From Bugula neritina (taxonomy: Eukaryota; Animalia; Bryozoa), in contig OZ037765.1 in NCBI GenBank assembly GCA_964035545.1, forward strand, positions 21,885,504 to 21,949,503: a stretch of DNA of 64,000 nt, read 5' to 3'. The notes below the pieces were generated by a model. That model made no database searches and was not told where the DNA came from. It was given only the letters and a program-made list of their open reading frames with translations. Shown here in pieces: positions 1-14,808 of the stretch (its first letter is position 1; the number at the start of each line of letters is the position of its first letter). Position numbers and translations under genes: made by a program.

Positions 1-922
1 GACCACAAAAAGGTATAATTCAGATTATACGATTCACACACATCATTCACATCTGATAAGCAAAAACATGTGACATAGTGTTGCAGAAGCTAAACTGATG
101 TCACAAAGTAGTTTGAAATCCTGAAGACATAAAATATATACGATCATGCATCACACAGCAACTAATTCAATTTTCTTGTTCTTTTTTTAAAATAAAAATA
201 TGCTAAACATAGTTAGCAGGGCAGATAACAGTTGTCTTTTTTTAGAAAATTGAAACTAAAAACAATATGAATACAGCTTCTGTAGAGTGTAGAGAGTACA
301 TTTCAAAACCATAATTTTTTAAAAAATATTTATACTTAAAGTAGAGTCATTTATGATAAAGGGTCAAAATAACCTGTTGAAACACTAGCAAAGTTCAAAC
401 TTTCGAGCACACTTTACTGTTGACCTACAATACCAATCCGTAGAAATTATATTTTTTCAAAAATAGTAACAGCTAGCTCCAAGGGCAGAGTGTTAACAGC
501 ATTGGTGGTGCATGCAATTCACCAATCTGCAATACCTGACTACTATTTTGCATTTTGACAAGCAACCGTAAATAACAGCTTCACACTGCGGTTGGTCATA
601 TATCATTTCGTGATTATGATGAGTCATTTATTATTATCAGTTGCAGAGATCGGAGATGGAAGATACGGGCGTCATCACAATTACAGTTAAGATTAGTATG
701 TAAGCCAAATCAAAACAGGAATTGTCAAACATAGAAATTTATATTTTCGAAAAGGTAGCCACTACCTACGTATTTGCCTTACATATAGTTATTTCATTTA
801 CTATTATATGAAAACACACAATTGATTATATATGGCTCTACATCATGAATTCATGAGTAAGTAAAATTGCAGCTGCAACGAAAATATCAGTTTAATATTC
901 TAACATCATATAAAGAAAATCA

Positions 923-1621
<699 letters not shown>

Positions 1622-3463
1622 ATTGCCGTTGGATAAATCTAAAAGTACAGAAAGAATATACACTAAGGTCAATCTTTCAAGGAATACTTAGCCCAAGTTT
1701 TTTCCCACTCCATCAAGGAAGTTAGAACAGGAAGCTTAAGTAGGTGAAACACTTACTCACACATAGCACATATACACAGAAAAAAACGGCTCATCAAATA
1801 ACCTTTATCTATTGTCATCTCACCGAGTGTGCTACGATTATCTCTAGCCAAAATAGAAAACTAGGTTCAGTTTTAAAATTGTATGAATGTTGAGGACAAA
1901 CCCCCAACAAGTCAGTCTGTTACGAAACCAGCCATATTAGTTTGAAAATTCACAACTGTACAGTAGCAAAATCCTAACTCAACACCTAACCCAAATAAAA
2001 ACTAAAAACAATAGCATATGTTCTTAGTTCTATAGCTATAGCTTAGACCAGATATTCCAAGCAGGAACACCAGTTTCTATAGCATAGGTTTGAAGGATAA
2101 GACTAATGGAGATTAAATAATTAAACCTAATTTTTTAAACACAATTTTGAAATTGAGTTGCATTTCTTAAACATACAGTTTGAAGCTTGATAGTAATAAT
2201 ATGATTAATGAGACAATATGTTAATCAGGTATCCAGCAGAACTGGTTGATTGCTAGCAGACATATAGCAAAGTAAAGAAGTCACCATCGCAATGGACACT
2301 TCAGTTATGTTGAAGGGCAACATTAAATAGGCTTGTTAAATTTATTCACTCATAATTTCATATTGGGTTTATTGCTAAAGTAAATATTCATCTACAAATG
2401 TACTAGTGAAAGAAATAAATTGTAAATAAAATGACAAATATAAAAATAATTATCTCAATAAAGTTCTAGTAGGTTTTAACTATGATTACTAAATACCAAA
2501 ATTTTAGCAACTTTTATTATTAATCTGAGAATAGCACACAAATAGGTAGAAAATTAAAGGATGTGCGTTAAAACAGAATAAGTGTTCTGTCCAAACCAGA
2601 GTAAATGCAGGTGAAGGGTATTCTTAGACTAGACATCACTTCAAGTTCAACTTGAAAGTATGAACCTAATTACTTAAACAGGCACAAAATGAATAAGAGT
2701 ATAAACATAAAAATGAATTTTAGCAAATCACCAATCACCAAACTTACATTTTACATAATTCAAGTTGAGTTTGGTTATCAAAATCACGCTTCATAATTAT
2801 TGATCCTAATCATCAGTAAATACAGTATAATTTACTAACTTTGGCTACAAAATCTGTACTATTTGAACTTAAATTTGTACTATTTGTTTTAAATTTCTAG
2901 TATATAACTTCTACCACTCTAATCCTTCTAGCTATTCCAATTGAACTAATAAGATTATTATAGTATTCACACTGGTAATCTTATAATCAAAGCTAATGAC
3001 AAGATAAAGATAGCAGTTGCTAGCGCTCGCTTTATAAGTATTGGTTGTTTAGCAGAAATTAAGTAATTAATACTTTTACATATATTATTATATTGTACTG
3101 AAACATAGAGTTCTGAGTTCATTACTAACATATAATATGAAATATTAAATATTGCAGTTATAGTAATCATTATCACATTTGCGTCATACTCAATTTATTA
3201 GTTACTGCAACTTGTTAATATCATGAAAATTACAGTTGGTTTAACCTAAAGTATAAGTATCAGTATCAATGTGAGTATACTATAGTTATCACATTGAGTA
3301 TCAGTAAAACTAAAATCTATAACTTTGACTTTAGCTATTCCTAATTAGTGTTATCTAAGACTTTCTATTTTATATTTATACTTTATAGTAATAGTTACAC
3401 TATTAGTAATACTGAGTAACAGTAACACTAAATCCAATACTAATAGTTACGATACTTATAGCA

Positions 3464-3554
3464 ACTGATTAACAGGCACACTCACAGCTAGACTAATACT
3501 TATAGTTAATAACTGTAAGTATTAGTATAGCTGTGAGTGTGTCTATTAATCAGT
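3464..3554. repeat. Near-perfect palindrome (45-bp arms, 1-nt spacer) within a longer imperfect fold-back (about 3380-3660)
   Basis: Arm 3464-3508 ACTGATTAACAGGCACACTCACAGCTAGACTAATACTTATAGTTA is the reverse complement of 3510-3554 with 4 mismatches. Weaker complementarity continues outward. Confidence 0.9.
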
Positions 3555-4349
3555 CAGTATAACTATAAGTAATGTAACTATTAGCATTACCACTACTTTT
3601 AGTATTACTCAATGTTACTATCACTATTGTCTATTAGTATTACTATTAGCAAGTATAACTAAATTATTATTATTATACATAATTTAAATTATTATCAATA
3701 TTCTAAAACAGAACGAGTATAACTTATACTTGTAGCAATACTAATACTAATAGTAATAGACTAATAGTAATACTAATAGTAATAGGCAAGCTAAGTGATA
3801 CTCGTACTGATAGTGATACGGCTCGGCAAGTATTACTGTATTAGACTTACTCTTAGTAATACCAAATTTATTTTCAATATATAAACATTTTGATTCACTT
3901 TTAGTATTATAACTAGAAAGTAAAAGTAGACGTAAATCAACCATTAATGATTAAATAAAGTAAGTAAGTATGTATAACTATAAGTAAGTAAGTAAGTATA
4001 ACTCACAACTGACACTTCAAGTGAATTTAAGTGACCTAGCACTTGTGCCTGCAACTTCAAGTTGAATTTGTCTGTGAATTCGAGGCTGGTTTAAGTATAA
4101 CTTTTAGCCTTAAACTGTCTCAGTCTGAGTCTCGGTCTGACAGTGACTGAGTGAGTGTGACTCGGAGTCCCACAACCGAAGCAATCAATTTCAAATTTAA
4201 TTTCAATATGAATATGAACAAAGTTACCTCAAACAAGTACGCTCTTAGTAAATATCACGTTTTTATTTCATATATGTCAATATACCATCTAATTCTGTAC
4301 AGGTATCATTTTGTTATTCTCACAATGATTATTGATACAAATTCAAAAT

Positions 4350-4760
4350 CAACTCTTGATTTACCACCGGTTTTGAGGCCACTTCCTGTGATGAACTTGT
4401 GACCTTATCACGCGCACTTACTTCGACCTGATATTTAAATAGATAATTATAAATTTCTACTTTTTTGCTATTGTTAGATGTAAAATATTTTTAATAACAA
4501 ACGCAATGAGAGAATAAATGTATTTTAACACAACTTTTAACTAAAGCTTTCTATAATGGTGTGTGGTTGTATTCTTACGCTCTATGGGCGTTACTCTCAT
4601 ATCACACGAGATGGTATCAAATGTTCATTTCCGTTTAGTTTCCTTCGTATTTATAATAATAATATAGATGAACAGTAATTTTAAATAGCTGTGTAACTGT
4701 AAAGCCGAGGATCGATTTTCAGTTTCTTGTCACAGGATGACTAAAAACCAAAGAATAAAG
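4350..4760. promoter_or_regulatory. Probable bidirectional promoter region between ARF6 (-) and Rab11-FIP (+)
   Basis: Locally CpG-richer patch between head-to-head genes. It has an ETS-like ACTTCCTG at 4381 and minus-strand donor candidates at 4364 and 4421 (GTAAGT) that would splice to the acceptor at 1639, just upstream of the ARF6 ATG. The position is inferred, not measured. Confidence 0.45.
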
Positions 4761-5652
4761 ACACGTTACAGTTTCATTGTTCAATAATTTTGGTTCTAAT
4801 TTTTGTGGTAGTAATACTCAGTTTCAAGTCATACTCATACTCATAGTAACTATGATACTGATAGTATAAGTATGATTGAGTCATACTGATACTCATAGTC
4901 ATACTCGTACTCACAATCATACTCATAGTAAATGTAATTGTAAATGTAAAATCCGTAATAAAAATATTTTACTGCTTTCAATTCTTTAGCTTCAAGTTTA
5001 ACAAAATCATTGTGAATTAATAAGTCGATATGAAATTGAATATCAATATCAATATAATTATATCAGCAATTCAATGACGGTTCAGTTTTACTTTAAGAAT
5101 AAAATAAAAATAACTATAAGTATTATAATTTAATTTGCATTTACTGATGTGTTGGCTGAATTGAATCCCTTAGTTGAGTAAATTAAGTTACTGGTTTTAG
5201 AAAATCATATGAAGCAAGGTATTTCAAGTACTTTAATCAATGTAACACTAACAGTAACATTGATCATTTGCTAAATGTTAATATGCTGTATTATAATCAT
5301 AGTGGTGATATATTATTATGTTACACTTTGAATTCATTTAGCATCTATTATAATAATAAATACAATAATTATCATAGTTAAGAAAAAAGTAGCAACAGTT
5401 TATAGACAAAAACTTGACTTAAATTCTAATTAATTTTGTAATTTGTATTAGCCCATAAATATTATAAGTAATTTTAAGTAATCAAGTATTTGGATTAATA
5501 AAATATTTGAATTAATTTTCTGTAAATCACATAATTCTTTGCAATTAAACAAGTTTGTAGGCAAGCCTTCTGTAAATATCTCATATATTATATTGTATTG
5601 TATCTATTCATACACATCAATAATTTAGAAATGTATAATAATTATCACAATT

Positions 5653-5739
5653 CTGCTGCTGCTGCTACTACTACTACTACTGCTACTACTGCTACCACTA
5701 CCAATACTACTACCACTACTGCTGCTCACACTCACACAC
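5653..5739. repeat. (GCT)n/(ACT)n microsatellite
   Basis: CTGCTGCTGCTGCTACTACTACTACTACTGCTACT... visible directly. Confidence 0.9.
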
Positions 5740-6090
5740 CTTTTAGGGTTTGTTCTGTAGTCAGCACAAAAATTGAGTTGCTATTAATGGAGGATGTACA
5801 ATTAAGAGTGAATAATAGAATGCATTATGAATAATCTAAATTGTTTTAATTAGTAGCCTAGTATGTCTGAATTTCTAAGCTGATGTGCCCATAAATCAGA
5901 AACTAAATGAGAAAAGTTAAAAATATAGCCAGTTGACCAAAGCGTTGATTTCGCCTTGGTGTTAGTACTAGTGGAAGTTATCTGTGCTTACAGCTGACAA
6001 TATCTTCCACTAACTTCTGCTACTGAAATAATTTGCTCTTGTGTCTGCATTCTGCTGACAAGCAGCTAAGAAGATCAGCATAGCCTTAGG

Positions 6091-9000
6091 ATGTCGTGGA
6101 ACCCAACTCATGTGGTGGTGGCTGGTAAGTGTTTGCTACGTTTTTAATGATTTCTATTTATTGTGCGTTACTATTTCTATTGTATGATTCTGCTTTACAT
6201 AAAGCTTTTTAGGTCATTGAATATGATTTCTCTTATAGTGCAAAGAGCTAAAGATCTTATATCGAAAGGAAAAAATGGTATGTAAAGTAATAATTTTCTT
6301 TTCTCTTCAGAATCATATTGCATATTAATCAGGTCTTTCGCATCTATTTATTGTGATGTACCGGAGAAATCAAATAAATAAATCTGTAGGCCTTTTCTGT
6401 ATCTTGGAATTTTGCTGCAGGTACAAATGATGCATTTGTTACTATTGCGTTGAACGACAACAAATTTCAAACTTCCATTAAAGACAAAGCGATAGACCCT
6501 GAGTGGTATGAAGAATGTGATGTGTGAGTATTATAATATTTCTTGTTATTAGGAGAGCCTGTATTCCTACCAGAGTCACGGTTTAAACAATTAAAATTTT
6601 TGCCAATGTATATATATTAGGTGTCGTTTTTTGTCCAAATGTGGCTGTAATTTTCAATAAGGTACTGTTAGTGTTATATAAGAAACAGTTATTTGTATTA
6701 ATAATTTTTATCCTAGTATTTTAATATCAATGTAATTCACAATACCAGTAGTTTATTTGCACCACTCATAAGGGTATAATAGAAGAGTGTTATTTATCAT
6801 CATAATCTACTTTAGCATGGAAATTTGCTATTTCTCCAGCTTCAATATATGATATTCCTGCAATGTGCATTGCTTGTTGTAGCTAACAAATCCACAATTT
6901 CAAGAATAACTTGTGTAGGCTATACATATATTTTAAATCTGCCTAGTTTCTTGCCTAATGCAGTGTGTATGCAGCTAGTAGCAGGCAGTAGATAAAATTT
7001 TCTCATTATAATGACATAGCGATGGTTTTCAACTAATTCTGATGCTTTCAACATGCTTGTGTTATTACCATTCTGTATCATGATTGAATTCTAATTACTT
7101 TTCCGGTACAGCTATTAAGAGACTATCAAATGCTAATCTACATACATGTGGTGTGTGTAGTGCACGTGCTTGTAGTGTTGTGTCTATTGTAGGCCTTTAC
7201 CGGATGATTACAACAAGCATAAACTAATTTTACAAATCTTCCACCGAAATAATTTAGGGATTGATGAGTTTCTAGGGTATCTGGAAATAATCTTGCAAAA
7301 TGTTGATGTCTACGATGCCCCGCGTTCAGTGTAAGTTATTTGAGTGATTTTATACACCATGCATATACATATTCTACAGTAAATGAGGTATTTTGTCAAA
7401 AATGGGATAATTTTATTATCTAAAGTTATGAATGCTGATATATTGGTGAGACAGCATACAACATTAGTATTCAATGTGAAGGTAACTTTTGTACTTGTTT
7501 GAGGAACAGGTAGTTTTGGTGTATGTGTCATGGTTTGACTAGCCATAAGAAGTTAGATTTACTTCAATTGACTGTTTCAGTGATACTTGTTATAGTAAGC
7601 TGTTGATCTGGCAACCACACAGCACTACTAGCTGTATTAAACTCTGATTCATCTGTCACATTAAGTGACGTTTAGATGATTTACAATTACCAAGTCAGGC
7701 TTCTTGCATTTGAGAAATATTCAGCCGAATTGACGCCATGAGTTGCTATGGAATTTAAGGGTTCTGCAAGTATTTATCTGTGTTTTCAACACCTACATCC
7801 TTCTTCAGAGTGGAGTAGTGCTGAGGGAGATGAGTCAACTTACTTCAGATGATTAATAGCAGCTTAGGCATTAATTAAGCATTGAGAGCTATTTCAGTAC
7901 ATGACATGACTAACACAGCTGTAATTAGAAGGTTCAGTCACACTGACTTTGGTGCTAATAGCAGTTACTCACCTGCTAACTTCTTACAGGTGGCATCCAT
8001 TGCTTTGCAAACCTGGACAAAATAAAACTAAGCCCAGGGGTGAGATTGAAGTGAGGCTAAGTTTTGAGGTTAAGAAAGCTAAGGACCTGGACTCGTTGAG
8101 TGTAACTTCATCTGCTAGTAAAAGATTTAAAATGAGTAAGAAATCTATAAAGCATGCTGCTTCCGCCCTAGGTGAGAGGTTTCCTAACATTCTAACACCC
8201 TACACTAACTAACTATATACCTAGCTCTATGTGTTCTCCTGTCCCCATTGGCATTAATATACTGTAGCTTGTTGATAAGTGTGTTTGTGTTTGTGTTCAC
8301 TGTGTGTAATTATGCCAATTTCATGCTTGCCCCTCACACCAAAGAGGCTAAGCAACATTGTGAAAACCTTGTCTTGCTATTGCTTTATTGCAGTTTTGAG
8401 ACCAATTAGTAAAATCATGCTGTCTAGTAACCACCTATATCTGAGCAAGTTGCTACTAATTACTGTATGCTGCCAAATACTATATTATTTAGTTAATACT
8501 CTTATCTTTAGTGTAAGTTATACAAGTACAAACATATTACTGGAGATAAAGAATAACGACAATCTGACTTGTTGGGTTCTCACAGTGATAGTTACTTTTG
8601 TAAACTATTGTAGTTTCAAGAAGAAAATTGAAATGATGGTATTGCATTAGTTGTCATTTACTTTTCATGTAGTGGTTGCAAATGTGCCGGCTTAAATGTA
8701 TAAAATTCAGTTTAGAAAAGGTTATCTTATAAGAATGGGAAGCTTGTCAATAGTTGTCAAACTTTTCTGCCAATGTAATTTTTTGTGAAATTCAATCAAT
8801 GGTAGTGTCTATCGGATAGTCAATAGCCTTGGCTCTCAAGTCTGAAGTGTTTTGGCAAGCAGATGTGGCTGGTTAATGGGTGTTTTTATGGTGGGTTGTT
8901 TTTACCCAAGCACAACCAACTGAAAACCACAAGGCATACCCTAATGTTTTTTTGAGTATAGGATAAAACATGTAATAGAAAAAATTTAGGTTTTCAACTC

Positions 9001-12000
9001 CTATACATGAACTGCGTGGTTTTGTAATTGTATGCTGCCACAGAATGATAAGTCAGCTTTACCTAAATATGGTGTGTATAATTTGAGTACATTTGTGTAT
9101 GTCTGTTGTAACGACACTGCCCCATCCCTTCCTCTCTCCCTCCTCCAATCCCCACTGATACTTTCATAATTAGTTTGGTGCTTTCTTTGAAATGATAGAA
9201 TGCTGAAATTTGAATTTTATTACAAAAGCTAAAGAACAGAGCTACACAAAAGTCAAAAAGGCTGCTGTTTTGGTTGAAGAGTCATGAACATTTTGAAAGC
9301 TCTTGTTTCAAGTTATTAATATAGTTCTTTCTCCATTTCCCAAGGCTTTTTTCCTTTAAAATGATGGGTGGTTGGTTATCATTTTTAAGCTATCCCTTCT
9401 GTTTTTATAAAGGCTTTTGCATTCTGGGGTTATGGTGTGGTGTTGGTCTGAAATTGTTCTTTAATATTAACATTCATGCTACTATATAACATTCTCTATT
9501 GCAAACAGCAGGTGTCGCATTTGTAATGTCTAAAATGTCCTAAATACTACTAAAAATGTGCCATAGTTCATCTTTTATAGCTTCAGTAAGAAATGATCAT
9601 GTTCTTTTCCTCTTTGTTCTGCATAATTTGAAAAAGTTTTGTTTATTTCAGCTGACAATTATATTAATTTTATCTTTCGGTTTTAATACTGAAATATGCA
9701 CCAAGTCATTGCATGCAAGGTTGTCAATACTGTTGTTAATGGCAGGAAGGAAAATTAAAGGCCCCAAAGTTGAGAAGACTGCAGATTATGTGCCTGACTT
9801 GAATGCCCTGGACACTGGTGCTCTTAGTTTAGAAGATATTGCTGAAAACTATGTATGTATCATGCAATTCTGACGTCTATTTGTGATAATGGTGGAGTTT
9901 TTACTAGATGCAACAAAACAATTTACATTTGTCATTGTTGTGTTAAAAACTCCCTAACACACTTTATGTGTGCAGTATTAAAATATTCATGTATACTTGA
10001 ACATCATCTGTTTGAGGGCTGTATGTTGAAACAATTGTTTTATAATAGATTTATACCCTCGTGCTGATGATGTTTTTCTTCAGCTCTGGAGTGATATTAT
10101 AAAACTGGTACTAATTATTGCTGACTTTCATTTCATGCTACTCTCTGCTGCTGCAACATACAGCACTGGGCTGGCTTAAAAGTTCAAAGTTACATTATAT
10201 ATAATTAATGTCAGATACTGACTATACTTCACACTGTACAAGTGAACACTAGTTATATCGCTGTCTCTAGTTAAGATGTGATACCAGAATACTGTTAAGT
10301 GTTGAGAAAACATCTTTACGAAGAAATATCTGACACTTTGCAGTCCGCGGCTGCATCAAGGAAGAGGCTGAGTGGCTCAGACAGCATGTCACTTCCCCCT
10401 GCCAGTCCTGGTATGGTGAGGAGTTCGCCCAGAAGTTCAAAAGGTCGGTCTGGTTATTCACCATTTGATAAGCGGCGATCACGGGGCGACCTGGACACCC
10501 CGCCATCTAGTAATGCTTCGACTGAAGATGTTAGACCGAGAGCAGATGATGCTGACAGTTCAGAAGGGGTCAGTATATTATAAAATTTGTCTAGATTGGT
10601 TGTATCGAAGAAATTAGGCTCCAGGTTTGAATAATGATTCCAAAGGTTTGATTAGCTTATAAGACGACATTGGTGTCCTCGTGCACTTTTCTATTGACAT
10701 TACAGTGAAGCTAAGTATTGCTGGTATCTAGAGTGCTGCTAATAGGTTAAAACATGCCTGATACTATAATATATTATATAGAACATTTGTTCTGTTTTCA
10801 ACATTGGTGTTCAGTTTGTTTGGCATCATTTATTCTGTGAATGTATTATCTACAGTTTATTCGTGGGCACAGACGGGGAGGCAGTGGCTCTGATGTAACT
10901 TCTTCCAAACGTGAGTCTACCATTTTTGAGCTTGTTTTTATTAAGACCTGAGAATATTTTCAGTTTCAACTCTTCTAGTTGAATTTTCACCAGTCTGTAA
11001 TTTGAAAAATGATGACCCTCCAGGGTAAATAAAGTTAAAATGGTGTAATTTTTGTTATATAAGCATATTTTATTTGGTTCTGTTGAATTGTTGCTAGCTA
11101 ATCGGCGATTGCTCACCTCAAAACCGAGGTCTTCCAGTAACGTGGACATCAGCTCCGCACCAAATGCTGAAGTTAGCACCATAAGTGAGAAGGGTTCTTC
11201 AGCATTGGAGGAATCCATTGGAAAAACCAGGTGCGTCACTACACCATCTACATACTTTAATTGTTACTTGATACTAAATACTAATCTTTTAACTCAAGTT
11301 GGTACCATCTTCAGTTTGTTTTACTCTCAGGATGGCATAAGTCTGTGCAAAAATACTTCTGGTGCCAAACTTTCCATGGATCTATGCATTAATAAAATTA
11401 TGGAATTTTGTATATTTCTTGCTCATTTTTATTATCGTTTATTCTTCATTATGTATTTTTTAAAATTTAACTCATTACTCCTTGTTCTAGAATATACACG
11501 TTGCATTTTAATGGTAGCATAATGCAGGTTGTGTTAGCGTAATTTTTAGACCTTATCTGGGTTGAGTTGTGATGCTTGTTAATCTCAAAAACAATCGAAT
11601 GAGAGTTGAGCAGTTTTTATTAAGTTGCTAAAAATTTGTCTGTTGTTAGAATGAGAAACTCAGCATCCACAAGTCAGATAGGGGAGGATGTTCTACCCGA
11701 GGTAAATGAGGACAGCAGCAGTGAAATTGTTGAGGAAAGTAAACAACTTTCTTCAGGTAATAATTACATATATAGTATTATGGTTAGTTTCATGTTTCTA
11801 ATAGTTTTAAATAGTTTTTATCTTACTGGGTATCCTATATTTCCGGTAAATGAGAATGTGCTCAATGTATATTAATTGTTTTACTATGATATATATGTTT
11901 GTATTTACATGATATAGTATAATTACTGCTGTAAGCAATGCTCTACCAGATTAGACAACATCCATGCCTGCATGGGAACATTCTTGTAATTTGTATGTCG

Positions 12001-14808
12001 ATTATTTTTAGCCCCCGCTATACCTGCAGAGCCAATACTCATTGATGATGATTCGGATGGTTCTGTAGAGAATTACAAACCTTCACCGGTAGTACCTTTA
12101 CTTAGAAACCCGGAACCAGCAGGTCTGTTTGAGCGACTCGATGAACAAATGGAAGAAGAACAAGCTAATCTGTTCAAACTGGTTGCACACCAAGCTGAAC
12201 CCGGTGAAGATATATATACACCAGTAGGTAAAATCAGCGAGTCCTTACCTGCAGGCGGTGCGGCGGCAGACGAGGTTGATCAACTCGGGTCTCTCGGCGT
12301 ACAGGCTGACAACAAAGAGTTGAATGTTACAGTAGGAGACGAGAATAAAGAGCCTTCTATTGATGCTATAGCCCATTCTACACCTAAACTTGATGAATTT
12401 AAAGAAGATATTTCATTTAAACGTAAAGCAAAGCACCGGAAATCGAAAGGTAAAAAGAAAGTAGCCCCACCTTCTTCTGATCTATTTAATTTGTTAATGG
12501 ATAGTAATGAACCAGAATATAACGTCGATGCTACGCTTTCTTACAAAGACAGAAAAAGTATGCCCTCTTTTGATATTGAACCATCAGCTGGTGCAAATGT
12601 AGATGATGTGAATATGGAGCCTGTCAATCCAGTATCCAACCAGTCAGAAACATCAAAAATCGATTCACCTCCCAAGCAGAGTGCTTCTGAATTGTTAAAT
12701 CTAGGGGTGGATGCAGACCCTTCCACGGGGGTATTGGAACCCCATCTGCATAAATCTATTAATAACTCTAGTCCAGCAGGCAATGGTAATAATCCCTTCG
12801 AAGAGCCAAGTTCAGCAACAAATAACAGTAACCCCTTTGACGAGCCAAGTCCAGCAGCAAATAGCAATAATCCTTTTAATGACCCAAGTCCAACAACAAA
12901 TAGTATTAATCCTTTTGGAGAGCCAAGTCCAGCAGCAAATGTCAGTAATCCTTTTGAGGAGCCAAGTGTAGACCTGAACAAATCTAATCCATTCGAGGTG
13001 ATTGCTGCAGAAGCTGACCTGTCAACGAGTACAAACAACCCATTCGAAGATACAAGTTCAAAAACAAATGTAAACAATCCGTTTAAAGAGGTTAATGCTA
13101 CCCCAGATAAAGTTGAGAGGCGTAGGTCATCTACTGCTAAGACCCCATCTGAACAGATAGATAGTAGCGCCAGTGGCTCAAATCCCTTTGAAGAGGATGA
13201 AAATACAGAATTCAAGAGAGTCGGATCTTTTGCTCGCGCTGGATCAAACCGGTTTAAAAGTTCTGCACGACAAAAGAAGCGAGAGAAGACTGCGGCTCCC
13301 CCGCCACCCAAACCCCAGAGATTGTTTACAGAATCTTCCACTGAGTTGAACTCTGATGCTGCCGTGACACCCAACGACAATTCTTCTGAAAGTCAGCAGA
13401 TATCTTCGGACTCACCCAGGCAGAGATCGAAAAAGGAGAAAAAAGCACCACAAGCTCCGAATCTATCGCTTAATGCAAAGTCCCCAGATGAACGAGTGCG
13501 GAGCTCTTCCCACAATCCCGTGCTATCTCAGCCAATGCCTAAATCACACAGAAGAAGTACTGATATTAGTGATATAGAGAAAATAGCCAACGCTAAGGCT
13601 AGATCTCATCATAATAAGGTGAGTTGAAGAAAGTGTTTAATGTACAACTGTTGTGACATAATAGGCCACTAATATGCTGTCAGTAGTACAGAAGGGCTCT
13701 TATGAATGGTTGATATGGTGCTTTATGAGAGTCGGCTATTTGAATGCTGTTCACTTTGATAAATGAAATTATTTTATCAAAAGGAAATATTAGTTTCATT
13801 TTTACAGGTCTTTTTTTAAATTTTAAGCAAATATTTTAAAATCACTGAAAGACTTCACATGTAAATCTTTATACACTTTGTATATCATTACTGGAATTTG
13901 TTAAAGTTGATGCTGTTGACGTGCCATGGTTTATTTTATCTGAATTTAAATAGGTTACATTCATTGCATCAAATTTTGAAATTCAGAAAAATTAATGTTT
14001 TGTAATAAGAACTAAAATCTATGCTATACTGGGATTTATTTAAATTTTGTAGATCTTAAATAGTCCAAGTACCAGCAGTGGTCCGGGAAAGTTTGAGCGG
14101 CAACCAGCTATTGGTGCAGAGGCACCAGAAGTTCCGGTTGAGAAACGTGTGACAAGGGAAGCAAGTACTCAGGCTACAATGGATGAGCCAGAGTCTGTAC
14201 CGGCAGAGTTTGTGAATATGAGTAAAATGGTAAGTTTATGTGGAAGTTCCATCTTGTAACCACTTCACTCCATCATAAAAGAGATAACTTCTATTGTATG
14301 TTTTTTATTCTCATTTGGAGTTGCCTTTCATATTCTGTGCTGTGATTAGACGACAATTAAATAGAGTATGAAATTGCTTTCTTTACCTCGAACCATTTTA
14401 TTGCTTGTGGGCTTTTTTCAGATCTTAGTAGGATAATGCTTATCAATTTCAAAAAATACATGTAAATTAAAGTAAAATGAAGATGCTATATTCAAGAATA
14501 ATATTATGTAATACAACTAATGTATTAAGTATATTTTGTCTTTAAATTGGCTTCAACAAAATGTTTGACACATGAAAGCTCTTGTAGCCGTTGAATGTGT
14601 TCATTGGTCCTAATGTGTTTTTTTATAGGATTTGGTTGAAATGATACAGAGATTGCGACTACAAGTGAGGAAGAAGGAAGAACACTCCAAAGACCTGGAG
14701 GAGTATATTGACAGTTTGCTATTGAGAGTCATGTCTAATGATCCTAACCTTCTTTCAGCCCAATCTTCATGCTCGCAGCAAGCCAATCAGGCCAACAAAC
14801 TTAGATAA
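6091..14808 (+). CDS. Class I Rab11 family-interacting protein (RAB11FIP1/2/5, Rip11-like), 13 exons, about 1028 aa
   Basis: Exons 6091-6124, 6239-6277, 6421-6523, 7193-7330, 7990-8171, 9746-9852, 10344-10568, 10856-10910, 11098-11230, 11650-11756, 12012-13618, 14053-14229 and 14629-14808 join in frame (3087 nt, GT-AG). N-terminal C2 domain (MSWNPTHVVVAVQRAKDL..KGKNGTNDAFVTI..PEWYEEC..DEFLG..RGEIEV). C-terminal FIP Rab11-binding domain (KDLEEYIDSLLLRVMSNDPNLL). Confidence 0.93.
12788..12995 (+). repeat. 39-bp coding tandem repeat (13 aa, NPF[ED]EPS-type) in Rab11-FIP
   Basis: NPF codons start at 12791, 12830, 12869, 12908, 12947 and 12986, an exact 39-nt spacing. Confidence 0.9.

Noticed and set aside
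647-700. Possible + strand exon nested in an ARF6 intron (RSEMEDTGVITITVKIS)
   Set aside because: Has AG/GT boundaries but no partner exons could be linked and no recognisable homology.
10064-10125. Intronic C/D box snoRNA (TGATGA...CTGA)
   Set aside because: Imperfect C box, short length, no terminal stem and no recognisable guide.
12541-13380. 279-aa antisense ORF (also 28604-29307, 17317-17631, 16033-16224)
   Set aside because: Antisense shadows of real or repetitive coding exons, with no independent splice or motif support.
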